A model generated the notes under the pieces. It made no database searches and had not been told where the DNA came from. It saw only the letters and a program-made list of their open reading frames with translations. The translations under genes were made by a program, and so were the position numbers. From the human T2T-CHM13v2.0 reference genome, Homo sapiens, in the NCBI RefSeq assembly GCF_009914755.1, contig NC_060925.1: DNA of 64,000 nt. One strand, given 5' to 3'. Positions within the stretch are counted from its first letter, which is position 1. Each line of letters begins with the position of its first letter. Positions 1 to 19,228 of this stretch are shown here, in pieces.

Positions 1-5149
<5,149 letters not shown>

Positions 5150-7169
5150 ATTTGTCCCTGAGGCTATGATTTGCACAACTGTTTTTAATTTTAACAGATC
5201 TCCAAAGATTAAGAGGCCTATATTAACACAAGAAAATGACAGAAAGAGCTTTTTTAAGATTGTCCCATTTATTAGTGATGGAAAAGTATTGGGTTTTATC
5301 TATAATCTTTAGGTCTTTTTCATATAAAAATAATTACATTCCAAACATGTTTTTTTGGTAAGTATGATAGATTGAAAATAATCTAGACAGTTCTAAAGTA
5401 CTTTATTGAATGCAAATTTATGAAACAAAACAGCATTAAGTTAAAAAGAACAACTTTATTTACAGAAGGCTGATCTAAGGTAATCATTCAGTTGATAAGT
5501 TTTTTTAAATGTTTACTTAAGAAAATGATCAGGGAAAATTTTAAATAATAATAACAAAATATAACACTAATAAAGTAAAAGGGACTCAAGAATCTTCATT
5601 TGGACAGAGTGTAGCAGTGAACAGAAAAAAAAAAAAAAACGAGGTAAATAGGACCCAGATCATAATTTTTCTTATTGGCAACTTAACGATGTTTGAAAGT
5701 TACCCTGTGGGCTCCCAAACCCTCTCCATCTCCCAGTAAAAACAAGAGTCCATATTCTAGTTGTGAGACTGATATTTGGCTCTGCCTCTGTCAATGTCAT
5801 ATGGCTGCAATTCAAGGGTCTAGGTGTAGAAAAACAGTATTTAAGCACCATAAGAAAATTCTTAAAGTTCACTCACCTTCCTTCTCCTCTTCCTCCTTCT
5901 CTGCCTTCCTTAGTCAATTCATATTTTTTCAAAAAACATTGTCATTTAAATGTCATATGGTAGTCTTTGGTTCTTTAGGGCCACACACACATATTGTGGC
6001 TTTCTCTCTCTCATACTCTGGTTGTAATTAGGGATGGTAATTTGAATTTATTTGACCGATGAATTTGAACACAAGTGATGTATGTATTACTTTTGGGCTG
6101 GAGTATCAGCTGAAGTTAGACCTTCCAGAATGCTCTTTTCCCTCTGCCACAGCAACATCAAGTTTCTTTTTCAGTCTGTGTAGTGAACACATACAATGAG
6201 GACACACAGGGGCATCTCCAGATGATGACATTGCATATGCAACATGAATGAGAGGAAAACAAAATGAAACAAAAACCTTGCTTGCTTTATTCAAGTGAGA
6301 AGCTGGAGTTTATTGGTATGCAGTCATAACATAAAAGTCCTGGCAGATACAATTGTGTGTATTAGAACCTATTTCATTAGAGAAGATAATCAAGTGTGAA
6401 GAATGCTTAAGAAGACTAGTGAGGAATGGAGTCTCCCTCCCACTCCCAGCTCTCCACTCAGAAAATTGAGAGTTGTGGACTTGGAAGGGAAACTGAATAA
6501 GAGCTTTTGATCCGCAGTGGTGTTAGTTGCAGATGAAGGGAGAATGGAGAGAAGAACAGTTATGTTTGAACCTGGAGGAATTGTGTAAACAGTTAAGAAG
6601 GGAGCTTCAGCAATTTGGTGGCATCAGGCCTAGTCCACTGGGCTGGAAAAACTCTTACTTGTTTGGGAGTCATGAGATTATATTGTTTCTGGGCACTAAA
6701 GCTAAAAGAAATGGAAAAAAGGTTTCAACAGCTGTAATGATAGAAAATTCCCCTAAGTCATTGTTTTTTACTTGGGGAAGTTTTTTTATAACAAAAATCC
6801 AGACTGTTTCATGTCAGTGCGGTGGTGGTGGGAAGTCAGCTTTTACTACACAAACCCCTGCTCCACCACAAACACTGGAGTTAATTTTAAGAAAGGAAGA
6901 AAATTGTGTATTAAAAATTAATTAAGAACACTTTTTGAGTAAAGTAACTGATTTCAACAAAGGGTAAAAGAGTATTATGGATTTATGGTTAAAGTTGTTT
7001 CTGAGTGCTTGGGTCATGTGTTATGAATGAATCTGCCTCCAACAGAGATCAAGGCAATAGAGGGGATTTAACAAGCCATTTGGATAAAGCACTGAATCTC
7101 CTCAAGTATGGCAGATTAATTTCAATAATTACCCAACATATTTTAAAAATGACTTTAAAAGGCAGAACC

Positions 7170-7530
7170 AGTTTAATGTAGTGGAAATAACACTGGAGAG
7201 GGCTTCAGAAAGTTTATGTTTGTCCTAGATCTACCTCAGATTTGCAATGTGAATTTAAGCATGTCACTAAACCTCATCAATACTCAGTTTCCCAAAGTAT
7301 AAAATGAGTGGGTTGAACCCAGAGACTCTCTGAGATACTTAGAGATTTTGAATGCCATGATTCTCTGACCCTCTGATTTAGGGTTGATTTCCCAGTCTGT
7401 TGTTAACCAGCTTGAACAAGTTGTTTAATATTTCTGGGCTTCATCTGCCTTGTGAGACTAATAATAGCTTACCTACGTGAAGGAAGGAGCTGGAACACAT
7501 TATCTCTCAAAGTCCCTTCTGGCCCTATGT
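7170..7530 (+). mobile_element. Two degraded MIR/MIR3 fragments
   Basis: MIR core-like ctcagtttcccaaagtataaaatgag and MIR3-like tail aagtcccttctggccct. Confidence 0.55.
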
Positions 7531-7759
7531 ATTTTTTTTATGAAATAAATATTTTGTGAGTTCATTATTACATCTGTTAATGTGCCTACAAGTAGTGTTG
7601 ATAGAAGCCATATGAATTTTGGGAGAATGGAAGGGTGGGGAAGTAGGAAAGAGAATAGAAGAAAGTGGAGTAAAAAAAGATAAGTAAAGATGAGATGAAG
7701 GAGAGATGAAAGTAATGAGTGGAGCCAAGAGGAAGAACAGGCACTGACCTTTGTTTTGT

Positions 7760-8310
7760 CTATCATTTAAGATGTTTTCAGTTACAAAGAAAAACAACAG
7801 TTAAAACACAGGCATCTAAAATAAAACTGGTTAAAAATAAAAGGAGTTTATTGCCTTGTGATTCTTACAAGTACAGAAATACAGGAGCTTTAGGCATAGT
7901 TTGAACGAGAAGTTCATAATGTCATTAGAGCTCTAATTTCTTTTCTCTGAAATTCTCTTGGTTTTGCCTTCCTCCATGAATTGACTTGATTTTCACACTG
8001 GCTTCTCTCATAGAGGCAAAATTGACTATAGAAGTTTCAGGCTTCATATACAAACGTTACGCTATCCACCGGAAGAAAGAGTACTTTTGTCCCTCAATCC
8101 AAGGAAAGTGGATTCACTGACCAGCTTGGGTCACATTTGTACCCCTGAACCAGTCCCTGTGGTCTGCAGAGTTAAAGTCATGGGGTATTTTCCCTTAGAC
8201 TAGGTCACATTCTCCATCCCTGGAGCTAAGATAGAATCAATTTCCTTGGAACCCTATGGATCTCCAAACAGGAAATGGAAGATGTTGGGAAGGAAAAGGA
8301 GAAAATAGAA
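7760..8310 (-). mobile_element. Old MaLR LTR (MLT1K-like)
   Basis: Motifs cttgggtcacatttgtacccctgaaccagtccctgtgg and ctaggtcacattctccatccctggagc are typical of antisense MLT1 LTRs. Confidence 0.55.
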
Positions 8311-8464
8311 ACGGAAAGAAAACTAAAATTTCACAATGACACCTTGAAAGGGTGGCTGTGTATGGGACCTAGAATCAATAGCCTTGGGCCTGGCTAATAC
8401 CTCTTTCACTCTGTGAACTGCGCAAGACTCAGATACCTTCTTAAAATGGGAGCAACAGAATGAA

Positions 8465-8680
8465 GTTTCTACAAAGATAGGAACTTTGTTTTGCTCACTA
8501 GTATTAATATATCCTCGGTGTCCAGAACATTGACATGCACAAAGTAAGCCCTGAATAAACATGATTTAAATGAATGAATAGTACTAACCTCCTGAAGTTT
8601 TTATAAGATTTAAAGTGGATAATGCATATGAAGCACTTGGCACAGTGCCTGACAGAGTAAGCTCCCAAGAAATGGTAGCC
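8465..8680 (+). mobile_element. L2 3' end followed by MIR 3' half
   Basis: aataaacatgatttaaatgaatgaat L2 tail, then gataatgcatatgaagcacttggcacagtgcctgac. Confidence 0.6.
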
Positions 8681-9012
8681 AGCAGCAAGCAGCAGCAGGA
8701 GTTAGTAATAGCAGAAACAATAGTAGTTGAGCAAGAAATGTATTAGAAGGGTTTCTTTATACTGTAAAAAAATGTGAAAAATATAGAAAAGACATAAGAT
8801 TCAAAAAATGCAGATAAAGTTTCCATTATAGAGATGAAGATTTAATCAAATAAAGCCTTTTTAGAAAAGTCTATATTTTTACTGAGTTTTAAAATAATAC
8901 ATGTGTGTCAGAAAGAAATGATAAGTACAGACTAGCACTGATGAAAAGCAGTTCGGGCTCACACATAGAGTAGTAGATGAGGCAGCTGGGAGTTCTTACA
9001 GGAGAGGAAAGA

Positions 9013-9258
9013 GTAGTAGCTGACATTTGAATATTAACTATGCACCCAACACTGGTCTAAGACCTTAAGTATAATAAATCATTTAATCTTCACATAACTT
9101 TATGTCATAGTACTATTACTTTTCCCATTATACAGATGAGGAAACTGAGATGCAGAAAGATCCTGTGACTTGGCCAAGTTTACTCAGTAGGAAACTGGTA
9201 GCGCCTAGGCTCAAACTGGGGCTATTTTCACAGCTTGCTCTTAAGTACTGGGCCCTGC
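9013..9258 (-). mobile_element. MIR, near full length
   Basis: Core cccattatacagatgaggaaactgagatgcaga...gtgacttggccaag. Confidence 0.8.
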
Positions 9259-9877
9259 TTTATCTCTATTATATGGGCTAGTCCTGAGGAGCTGTGTCTC
9301 TCTAAGGTACTTACATTTTTTGTTTATGAAACAATGGCTAGTCTTTGGAAGTTTTAGAAAAGAGAAAATAGCGAGATCTTATCAGTGTAAATATATCTTT
9401 AATGTTCATTAGCATTCCTTTTTTTGGTTTATATGTTTTTAATTAATCAAGCAGTAGTTATTGTTTATAAGTGATACATATTGCAAATATCACGTTAACT
9501 CACTCTCTTCATCTTCCTTAATAGGTTTTCTCAAACTTTCCCTAATCTGCTTATCACTTCTTCCTTTCCCTTTTCTCACATAGCTTGCTACTTCTAATCT
9601 CCTGAGATGGAGAAATATTCAGATAAATATTACGTGTTAAATCATATTTGCTAAGGTTCTCAGTGAGTGATGAGGAATGTAAATATAAGATTTCACACTA
9701 GAGTAGCCTCTTTTCTTTTTATCTCTGAAGTCTGCATGATGATCTTGAGATCTCCAAGACAGTAGAAAATAAGGCATTTCTCTCACCTAAACCTGCCAAG
9801 AGAGCATTTGTATTAACCTGTAATAGTTAAAGAGGGTCTCCTATCCATGCATTTTGAATAAATCCCCAAAATATTAG

Positions 9878-10393
9878 TGATATGGACAGGAGGCATGGAA
9901 ATACTGACTAGAAAAGGGCAGTCCCCAGTGAGGGCCACACCCTGAAGCCTGGGACTGTGGCCCAAAGTGAGAACATGCATTACTATTTTCCTGCTCAAAT
10001 GTTGTTTTTGGCCCACCCGCCCCCCCAATCCTGTACCCATAAGAACCCCAGTCTCCCCTGGCAGAGGGGTGGCAGAGAAGCAGAGCAGCTGAGTGGCAGA
10101 GCAGAGCAACAGAGAAGGAGAGAAGAGAAGAAGCAACTGGACATCAGAGAGAAGCAGCTTGACTTCAGAGGGACGGCTTGATAGCAGGACTTTGGAGAAC
10201 AGTTTGGCTAAGGATGGCCAAACTCCAGGTAAAGATCATCTTCCCACTCCAGCCCCTTTCTAGCTCCCCACCCCACTGAGAGCCACTTCCACTGCTCAAT
10301 AAAATCCTCCACATTCACCACCCTTCCATTCATTCCTGTGACCTGATTCTTCCTAGATGCTGGACAAGAACTTGGGTACCAAGAGGGCAGCTG
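9878..10393 (+). mobile_element. ERV1-class LTR (LTR1/MER52-related group), 3'-truncated
   Basis: Begins TGATATGGACAGGAGGCATGGAAATACTG, has a GA-rich U3 and ctcAATAAAat at ~10297. No terminal CA or TSD found. Confidence 0.7.
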
Positions 10394-12169
10394 CATTCCT
10401 TTTTTATAAATTAAAAAAACATAGTTTATTCTCCTCACAGAAGATAGGTGGGTAACATGAACCCAATACATGAACACAGCGATTGATAGTTGACAATGAC
10501 ACAAAAGTAACAATCTTTCACAAAACATGGAACACATAGAGAGTCACAGTCAAGAATACAAGAATCTCCACATCATCACATTTTCAGCCAATATATTATA
10601 TATTAGGAGACTTTCATGTCTTTTATGTCTAAGCTTCACCTGTGTGAGAAATACTGTAGCAGAGTAAAGAAGTCTTTAGCTTTCAGGAGTGACTTGCCAA
10701 CTGTTTTTTTTTTTTAACTTCTTGGTCTGCAGACTGTCTGTTCTCTGCCACTCTCGCTGTAGCACCTGTTGGTCAAGACAATTTGGAGGAGAGGTGAATA
10801 ACTTGATTAATTCAGCTTATATATCCTCAAATCGACAAATTGTGGTGGTGTGGAAAGAACAAGGGTTTGAAAAGTAGATAGTTTAAATTCCAGCTCTATC
10901 ACTTCTCATGGTGTTAGTACAAGGGTCAGTGCAATAAATTCTGAAGATCATCCTAACATTTCCTCCTTTCATCCCTCTAGCCCTTGTTTTAAACAAGTTT
11001 TAATTAAAGGAGATCTCATCAAACTGTATGATCTTGAATCAAAAGGAAAACATAGATGCTTTTCTTCTTGGCCAAGGCCAGCTTTGGGTGGAAGTGTTGT
11101 AACTTCTGTTGACAACATAAGGGGATGTGTTGCCTTTTTGAAAAAATGGGTTGCTTCTTTGGGGCAATGGCTTGACTTGGTGCATTGGGGTCTAAGATCT
11201 TGCATGGAGAAAGTGATTATAAGGGACTATAAGTATTAACATGGCAATTTCCTCTAACGCAGGATATCACTGCCTGACAAGTGACTCTAACCAAGGGCTC
11301 ATTAGAGATAGACAAACTGATTTTGAAAAGCAAGCAGCTTCATTTTCAGACCTTCAGCCAAACTATAACAGCAAAAGTTCTGAATGAGTCTAGCTGAAAT
11401 GTGAATGGTTTAAGTTTTACCAATTATCTGGTCTGTCTCCACGAATGATTTTGGATAACAATATCGTAAGATACTAGTGAGCTGATCTTCCTGCAACAAT
11501 CATAATCAGCCCAAAGCTGAGCATCATCATCTCAAACACCTCACACTGTCTGGCACATAGGATGTACTTGGTAAAAATACTTACCAATAATCAAATGAAT
11601 GAGTGAAGGAACGAATTGCTTGTTTGATTTATATGTCAGAAACTTTGGAGTGAAAAGAGCTGGATGTGAAAAAAGTTGTGGGAGTTGGAGCAGATTCCTT
11701 AATTCTTGCCTTAGGTTTTTATTTCATCTTCCATATCAAGTGGATCACAGAGCCCTAACATTCTTTTTTATCTAAATGCCTTCTATTTTCCCCTAAATTT
11801 TGGACCCCATGATCTCTTGCCTAACATTCCTGACTTGTTTTCCTTTACTTAAGTCTTTCTGTAGCCACGCTCCCCAGGGCCACTGAGTGATATGATCATG
11901 TCACTTCCCTAGTTTAAAACCTTTCAAGTGCACCCAAGAAGGCAGAAAGACCCTGTTGGTGTATCCAAGTACAAAGAGGACTGCTTTTCACAAAACATTG
12001 CTTCTTCTCAGTAGCCACCCCACCTTATCAGCTGACTCTTGTGCACTGGCACAGGAAGGGAGCACCCCACTCCACTCTACCCCACTCCACACTCCGTTTT
12101 TCCCACCGCTGTGCCAGGTATGGGCACCAGCTCCCTCTCAACCTACATCATCACAGTCCTATCAGCTAA

Positions 12170-12540
12170 AAGGGAAATGCAACTGTCATTTCTAATTTTC
12201 CTCAGAAGCTTTGCAAAAGGAACAGAACTGAGGTGACTGGTTCTACTTTACATTTTGCTTCCAGCAAAATAATATGCTCTGATTTTTAAGCATCAAGGGC
12301 CCAGCAAGCCCCCAAATGCATTTTCCCAGGTACATTCCCCCCACAATTTTTCTAACCTCTTACTATCATGGGGAAATTTAATCCATATGTTTCTGGTTCA
12401 TTTACACTTAACTTATCAAAATGTTCTGCTGTAAGAGAGATTTGATGTCAAAGAAGCCTTGTGGGTCTCATTTATACACGTCTTTTCTTTGAACCAGGAA
12501 GTTAAGGTTTGCCAGAAAAAGCAGAAATAAATGCTGTAAA
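12170..12540. other. Probable MER121 ancient conserved repeat
   Basis: tgctctgatttttaagcatcaa...cattttcccag...catggggaaatttaatccatatgtttctggttcatttacacttaacttatcaaaatgtt...atttgatgtcaaagaagcc closely resembles the MER121 consensus as I recall it; not verified by search. Confidence 0.6.
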
Positions 12541-12927
12541 GAGTCCTTTTTTTCTAAAATGAAACTTTAGAACTTCTTACAATGTGAGAACTTCTCAACC
12601 CAAAATACCAGGGTTTTATTGCTTAGACATCAGTGTGCCCTCTAATCCTTTTTCCTTTCTCTCCTTACCCCCTACCAGACAGTGTGCCACCATTCTTAAA
12701 GAAATATTTGAGAAACAAAAAGTTAATTGAAGAAATGGGAGTAGCACAGGGGACAAAAATAGCGACGTGCAAGTAATTGACTATGGAAAACTCTATGTCA
12801 TTCAGGATAAATACATTTTCTTCCAATTTCCTGAGCTAATGGTGATGAGTGCACCATCATGTGACTTACGCTGCAGATCTCCATTAAGTCTCTTATATTT
12901 GAGATACCTTTGTTGGTCACCCTAGAT

Positions 12928-13440
<513 letters not shown>

Positions 13441-13691
13441 CTCTAGATGCCTATGGGATGAAAGAGTCATAACATCCTGTATTTAGCTAACTCTTAAAAA
13501 GCATGTGGACCTTTATAATGCAGCATAATGCATTCTTGATATTAAAAAGTTAGCCAATAGGACTTTCTTAATAAGGGTGGGAAAACCTAAGTGAATCAAA
13601 GTACATATCAAACTCCAATAGCAGAAACCAATTCAAAGTTTCAGTAATCTTTGTTTAATAATATTCTCTTAGAAAACATTCCTACCTATTA

Positions 13692-14367
<676 letters not shown>

Positions 14368-15482
14368 TCAAAATACTATTGGTCTATTTTAGATAGAGAT
14401 ACTTTTCTTAAAGGACTACATGCAAAAAAAAAAAAAATAGAGATATTGTTGTGACTACTGGTAAGAGTGAGAGCTGAAACATAACTATATAGTTTTTCAA
14501 CTTCAAATAGATTTTTACATCAATCACTAAGAATCAAGAACTATGGGGTGATTCAGTCTCCCACAGGGAACATCTCACATTCCATCTCAAAAATTAGCCT
14601 GCCCTTCTCCCTGCACATTATAGGAATGGCCAAGTCATAGAAAAGGTGCTGACTTTTTTTGCCAGTAAATATTTGGAAAAATCTCAAAATTATTTAGTAA
14701 AAAAGCAAAGGTTATTTGAGAAATGCTTTTAAATATTGAAGGAAAATTACAATTATCCCTGAGTCATTGGGGTTCATGAGTCACCTGCCCCTATCTCCCA
14801 ATTAATTAACTAATTAATGAATTAACTATTTCTTGAGCTCTTGTCCTCTGCAAAGCATATGATAAAAGTAGCTTTTGTTGAATATCTCCACATCTTATTT
14901 ACTCATTCATCTATTAATTCATTAGCACTTTCAAGCCTTGTGTTCTGCTATGCTAAGCCAAAGAAGTACTAAAGGGTAGTCTGGGACTTGATCATTAGTC
15001 CCACTAAATTAAAAACCTTGGAGTGCTCACTTTCAATGTCACTACCTGGTTATGTCACTCAGCGACTTTTTAACATATGCCTGAGAAATCCTTCCTGTCA
15101 GTTACCACATTTCAGTTTTCATTTCTTTATCAGTCAGCAATGGCTGTGGAAGGATAAGGATCAGATCACCACAACACTGAGCTGTGCTGCCTCACTTTCT
15201 CCCTGGAGGGTCACTATTAGGAAGCCTGTAAATGAAAAAATATTTCAAATAGGTCATATTTTGTACTCCACATACACTTTGTTGCACATCTTTCAAATGC
15301 TATTTCCCCAAAACACTGGTGAATCTGAAAGTTCTTTGAAATGACACCAGAAAATAATAGCGAATATTTCCTATAGATTTCCACTTATTGCTAAGAAGGC
15401 TTTAATTGTTTTTGTTCCTATTTTGTCTATGTCTTTAGGTACTAGATTTCAGACAGGTCAAGTCTACTATTTGGATGTGAGC

Positions 15483-15672
15483 ATGTATTCATTAATTACT
15501 ATGTGCCAGACACTATTCTAAGTGTTTCACCTGTGTTTTTCTTAAACTATTCTCACAAAATATCTAAGAAGTAGGTACATTTTATTGTTCTCATTTTGTG
15601 AAAAGGGAAACTGAAACTTAGAGAGGTTCATTGGCCCAAACTTATACAGAATGTAATTAAAGGAGCCAAGGT
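15483..15672 (-). mobile_element. MIR
   Basis: actatgtgccagacactattctaagtg...gggaaactgaaacttagagagg. Confidence 0.7.
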
Positions 15673-18600
15673 GTGGCCACCATGCTTTTAGTCGCAGTGT
15701 AACCCAAACTCACGTTTTTGATCTTTCCTGGATCTTGCTATAGGTTAGGTGCAACACAAAGTCTTCCTAGTAGAAAATTATTATTATATATGCATTTTCA
15801 TATAACACATCTGGATAAGTCACTTCCAGGAAACTTGTATTTCTAGAAAAAATACTAGAGTTATATTAAAGTGTAATAAAAATTTTTATGTATAGTAATA
15901 TAATCAAAATTCCAATATGCATACTTTTGGAGAACTGTAGGTGAAATGATCAGTATAGAGCTCTTGTCTTGTTATAATGTTGAGGCAGAGACATATATTA
16001 AGGATTAATATATTACTAATAACCATAAAAGAAGGTAGGCATTGATAAAATGATTAAAAACAACTAATATTTACTCAGTGCTTACTATATGCTCTATATG
16101 GTACTTTGCCACCATTGTCTCTCAGGAACATAGAATAACTCACTCAAGGCCATGCATTTATAGTGGCAATGGTAGGACTTCAACCCAGTTCTGATTAGCT
16201 TAGAGTACACACTGGCAACATTCTACTGCATCACTTTCAGAATACACGTGGTAAAAATTAATAAGAGGTCAAGAACTATAGAAATGTGACAGTTGCTGGG
16301 CTGTGAACCTATGTACCTCATTCCCCAAGTAATACCCAAGTTTATACTTCAATTTTAATTTGCATGTACCCTCTTCATATGAGGATGTCTCAGCAGAATT
16401 CATCACCCAACTAGAGTCCAAAATCACTGTTCCTACATGGAAAAAGAGTAAAAATTATGTAGCTATAGAGTGAGTTTCTGACTCAGCAAAGAATAAATAT
16501 CTGTTTGACAGACCTTAACTTTTTTATAGCAGTGGAAAATGACACTGGAGAGAAAAAGAGGCTTAAGGAGAGTAGGAGAAAGTTCAGTCTGATTTAGCAT
16601 CACCATTTGTATTCTCTGTAAAGATCTTAAGGCATGAGCCACACATCAGAAGGTCCAAGGGTTCTCATTGTCTATGGCTTGAAGTTTATTGCTGTTGCCA
16701 AGAACCAACTGGCATCAGTAACCGTTACCTCCAAAACTCTGACGGAAAGTGTGTACTAAGGGACATTCATCCATTCAGCAGGACCATAATTTTATGAAAG
16801 GTAGTTAGCATTGGCAGGTGAGCCATAATATATCTGACCTTTAACTGTGATTCAGACAGCAGGTAGAAAAACCACTGGATGATATATCTCCTGCCAAGAG
16901 ATTGTCCATAAAATACAGCACACTTCCCTGGGCAATCGCAGATGGATAAAATAGTGTGCCATTTAGATCATCCCTGTGCCTGTGGGTTGGATTAAAATGA
17001 AAAGCTTTGGTAACCTTCCCACGCAAAAAACTTTTGCTCTTTGAGCATCCTGATATGTCAGCACCTGTATTAATGCCACAGCTGCAGACTGAAACTGCTA
17101 ATTTCCCTGAAGAGGAGAAGGCAGCATTCAATAGAAACAGCTTGTCCAAAGCCCCAGATGAAATGGGCCAAGTTTAATGATCCAAAGAGAGTGACTGATT
17201 TGTTTCTTACCATAACAAAGGCAAAGGGATCTTTTACAACTTGTGGCTCTGTGCCCTCAATCATCACAGTTACACATCTCTATAAGAGGGTTCATAATTT
17301 CAAAAGGTGGACTGTATTTCTTCATCAGGATTTTCTTGGCCATATGCTATGTGCAGGGTCTGATGATATAAAGACAAATAATACTACTTATATCCAGCCA
17401 TTTACAGGTTCACAAGCAAGAAGTGAAATGTTTATATTAGGGAGTTATGCACTTAATTTTCAGATTCTGTGTAGCCTATTGGGGAGCCTGTAAAGAGTAC
17501 ATAATCAATTCTTCCTGGATGTGGGGCAGGAAAATCCTCACGGAAGATCTCTTCTGTGAAGTCTTGTAAAATGTGTAAGGGATTACCAAGTAGAAAAGTG
17601 AGATACAAAAGTCATTCCAGCAGAGGAAGCTGCACCAGCAAGGACAGGAATATACTGTATCAAAAGCTGTCAGCCGTTGGTTTGGCCACAGATAGCCAGT
17701 GACCTGAAGGAGGTGAGATAATGCTGACAGTAGGCTGGGGTCAGACCATGCAGAGGTAACAGTAATAATTGCAAACTTGGTTTCACAGGGCAGCTGAATG
17801 AAATTATAGATAACTGGCCTCATTCTAGGAGATTATGATTTACTAAGTCTGAGATGGGACAGAGAACCTGTATTTTCAACATCCCCCACAATCACCACCA
17901 ACAACTAATACTGATACAGCCAGTCTTTGAAGAGTTTTAACAAAGAAAAAAACATGGTCTAATCTATACTTTAGAAAATCATTCCAGGAAGAGACTGGAA
18001 CAGGAATCTGAAGGGCTAAGGACCAAAGCCAAGGAGATCCTCCACTCTTTAGAGATTAGAAATTGATGCTCAGTGATGTTACATGACTTTCCAAATCTGT
18101 ATAGCTGGTAACAGAGGCAGAATTTGAAACCATATTTTTATAACTGAGAAGTCTGGGATTTTCCCATTCTACTACAATGTCCCTTACCCTACTGCTGCAA
18201 GGATACTGTCTAAGATAACTAAGTCTTAGTGCAAGGGGCTGGAAGCAAAGGAAATCAACTCTGGCCAGTTGAAGCATCTGAGATAAGAGCACAGGAAATT
18301 CCAGGTCATAGACATACACTGATTGAAACTATGTGCTCTGGCTGATTAGAATTCAATTCTCTGACCCTCCTGTAATTCCACTGCAGTTTAATTAAAACTC
18401 ATTAAACTGACATCACATTCCAGCAGATAATTAGAAAAATAGTACACACTTTAAGTACATCGTCTTATTCTGGCTACATTTAATGTAAAAGATGAATCAC
18501 ACAAACAATGGTTACTAGTAGAAATTACCAATAATTTTGCCTTTTACTGCCCTAGGCTCTCATTTTGCATGATCTTGTATAATTATCACAACAACCTTAT

Positions 18601-18879
18601 GAAGTATGTAAGATAGGCCCAGAGAGGCTTAGTACTTTGCTCAAGACCACATAGCACCAGTAGGAAGTACCCTTTGTCTACATGATTTTAAAGCCTTTTG
18701 TGTCTCTGTTTTTTCACTACCATTTCATTTTTTTCAACAGTCTACATTGTGAGTATTACCTACCTAGCCTAGCACCCTTCCTCTGGTGAAACAGTCATGA
18801 ACACAATGGGACCAGTGGGATGAAGCTGTTTCCTATATCAAGATTTTAAGATCACCAGTGAAAAGAATGAAGAAATCTA

Positions 18880-19228
18880 TTGTAAACTGGATTACCTAGA
18901 AAGCAGTCTCTGGGAAAGGGAGCAGGTGCAGGAAGGCATTAGAACTACTTGGGATCAATACCTGTACAGAAATGGAAGAAAACCAGATTAGCTAGAGGAG
19001 AAGTTCAGTTTGTAATCAACTTTGGGGAACTCTGACATTGAATGGCCCTTTTGAGCAGGGGCGATATACCCTGTCCCCATCAACTACTCGTTGGATGCAG
19101 GCTGGCACTGGGAAGAAGCAAAACCCTCGTCAAGGCAGCTGTCTTCAGCCAAGAGAGGTTGACAGTATTTGGAGGAAGTCTTTCTGTACTGAAGTGCAGT
19201 CTGGGAGGCTGAACATACCGTCCACCAT
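18880..19228 (-). mobile_element. ERVL LTR (LTR16-like)
   Basis: aagcagtctctggga...ttgggatcaatacctgt...agaggagaagtt...ggcagctgtcttcagcc pattern of antisense LTR16. Confidence 0.55.

Noticed and set aside
5150-6300. Minus-strand terminal exon / 3' UTR (AATAAA at ~5402 and ~5456)
   Set aside because: PolyA hexamers are frequent in AT-rich DNA; no upstream coding exon identified.
10208-10537. 109-aa ORF
   Set aside because: More than half is antisense LTR sequence; no recognisable domain.
15196-15250. Strong-looking minus-strand splice acceptor (ttttttcatttacag|G at 15225)
   Set aside because: No convincing paired donor or reading frame; isolated signal.
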